DNA of 64,000 bases, from positions 15,562,001 through 15,626,000 of the forward strand of contig CDPCPM010000050.1 in assembly GCA_976551045.1 (NCBI GenBank), in the 5' to 3' direction. Position 1 is the stretch's first letter, and each line of letters opens with the position of its first letter. A model generated the notes under the pieces. It saw nothing but the letters and a program-made list of their open reading frames with translations. It was not told where the DNA came from and did not search any database. This document shows, piece after piece, positions 63,599-64,000 of this stretch. The DNA comes from Glaucostegus cemiculus (Eukaryota). Both the position numbers and the translations under genes were made by a program.

Positions 63599-63758
63599 AT
63601 TGCAGTGCTACGAAGTGAGAATGCCATGGCAAAAAAATTACAGTCAGTAGTTCAATCATTGGAATCTGATAAATCAAAACTTGAACAAAAGGTACAGAGT
63701 TTGGAGAAGAAAATCAATGATAACCAAAGGCAGCTTGACAACATCACATCCTCTCCAG
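63599..63758 (+). CDS. CLIP1: CLIP1 exon (last in window)
   Basis: atttacag|ATT; [53 protein letters not shown](G); CAG|gtaact; 160 nt. Confidence 0.94.
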
Positions 63759-64000
63759 GTAACTAGACCTAATGTCCTATTCTGTTAATAGTATTCAGCA
63801 CTAGTTAATGAAATTATTGTCAGATGTATGATTTATGTACTATATCTTTCCAATTACTTTGTAAATTAGAATTGGATTTGCTAAATAATTGTTCTGAATT
63901 TGGTCTTTCTGAGATAGGTCCCCTCTAATTCTCTTACAAGCTTTAGTTAACACTGCTGCATGAATCTTAAACATTTGCAGTGACTGGTATATGGCATTCT

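Larger units (their letters stand above)
986..63758 (+). other. CLIP1: CAP-Gly domain-containing linker protein 1 (CLIP-170/restin) gene, internal portion (20 exons in window; 5' and 3' ends outside)
   Basis: Manually spliced exons give one uninterrupted frame with compatible phases. The peptides match recalled vertebrate CLIP1 in order ([95 protein letters not shown]). The C-terminal exons match CLIP1 rather than CLIP2. Confidence 0.96.

Noticed and set aside
1-64000. Prokaryotic-type systems (CRISPR arrays, operons), rRNA, snoRNA, mitochondrial insertions
   Set aside because: No such signatures were seen; the window is a vertebrate intron-exon locus.

Overview
Eukaryotic genomic DNA, AT-rich. 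The repeat content (HE1-type V-SINEs, CR1/L2/Rex1/RTE LINEs, Penelope-like fragments) points to a cartilaginous fish, probably a ray or shark. The whole window lies inside one + strand gene, CLIP1 (CLIP-170/restin). I can assemble 20 GT-AG exons from 986 to 63758 with consistent phases (5429 nt, about 1809 codons), running from the end of the second CAP-Gly domain through the coiled coil. The N-terminus and the C-terminal zinc knuckles lie outside the window. Highlights: (1) a 2286-nt phase-symmetric giant exon built from a coiled-coil unit repeating at exactly 516 nt (172 aa); (2) a 21-nt microexon with neural-microexon signals; (3) a candidate alternative terminal exon that would remove the zinc-knuckle tail; (4) a perfect 18-bp X-box-like palindrome ending in an in-frame ATG just before an internal exon; (5) RBFOX and QKI motif clusters; (6) Penelope-derived hammerhead-ribozyme-like and fold-back remnants. 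Homology statements come from recalled vertebrate CLIP1 and repeat sequences, not from a search. Repeat boundaries are approximate.
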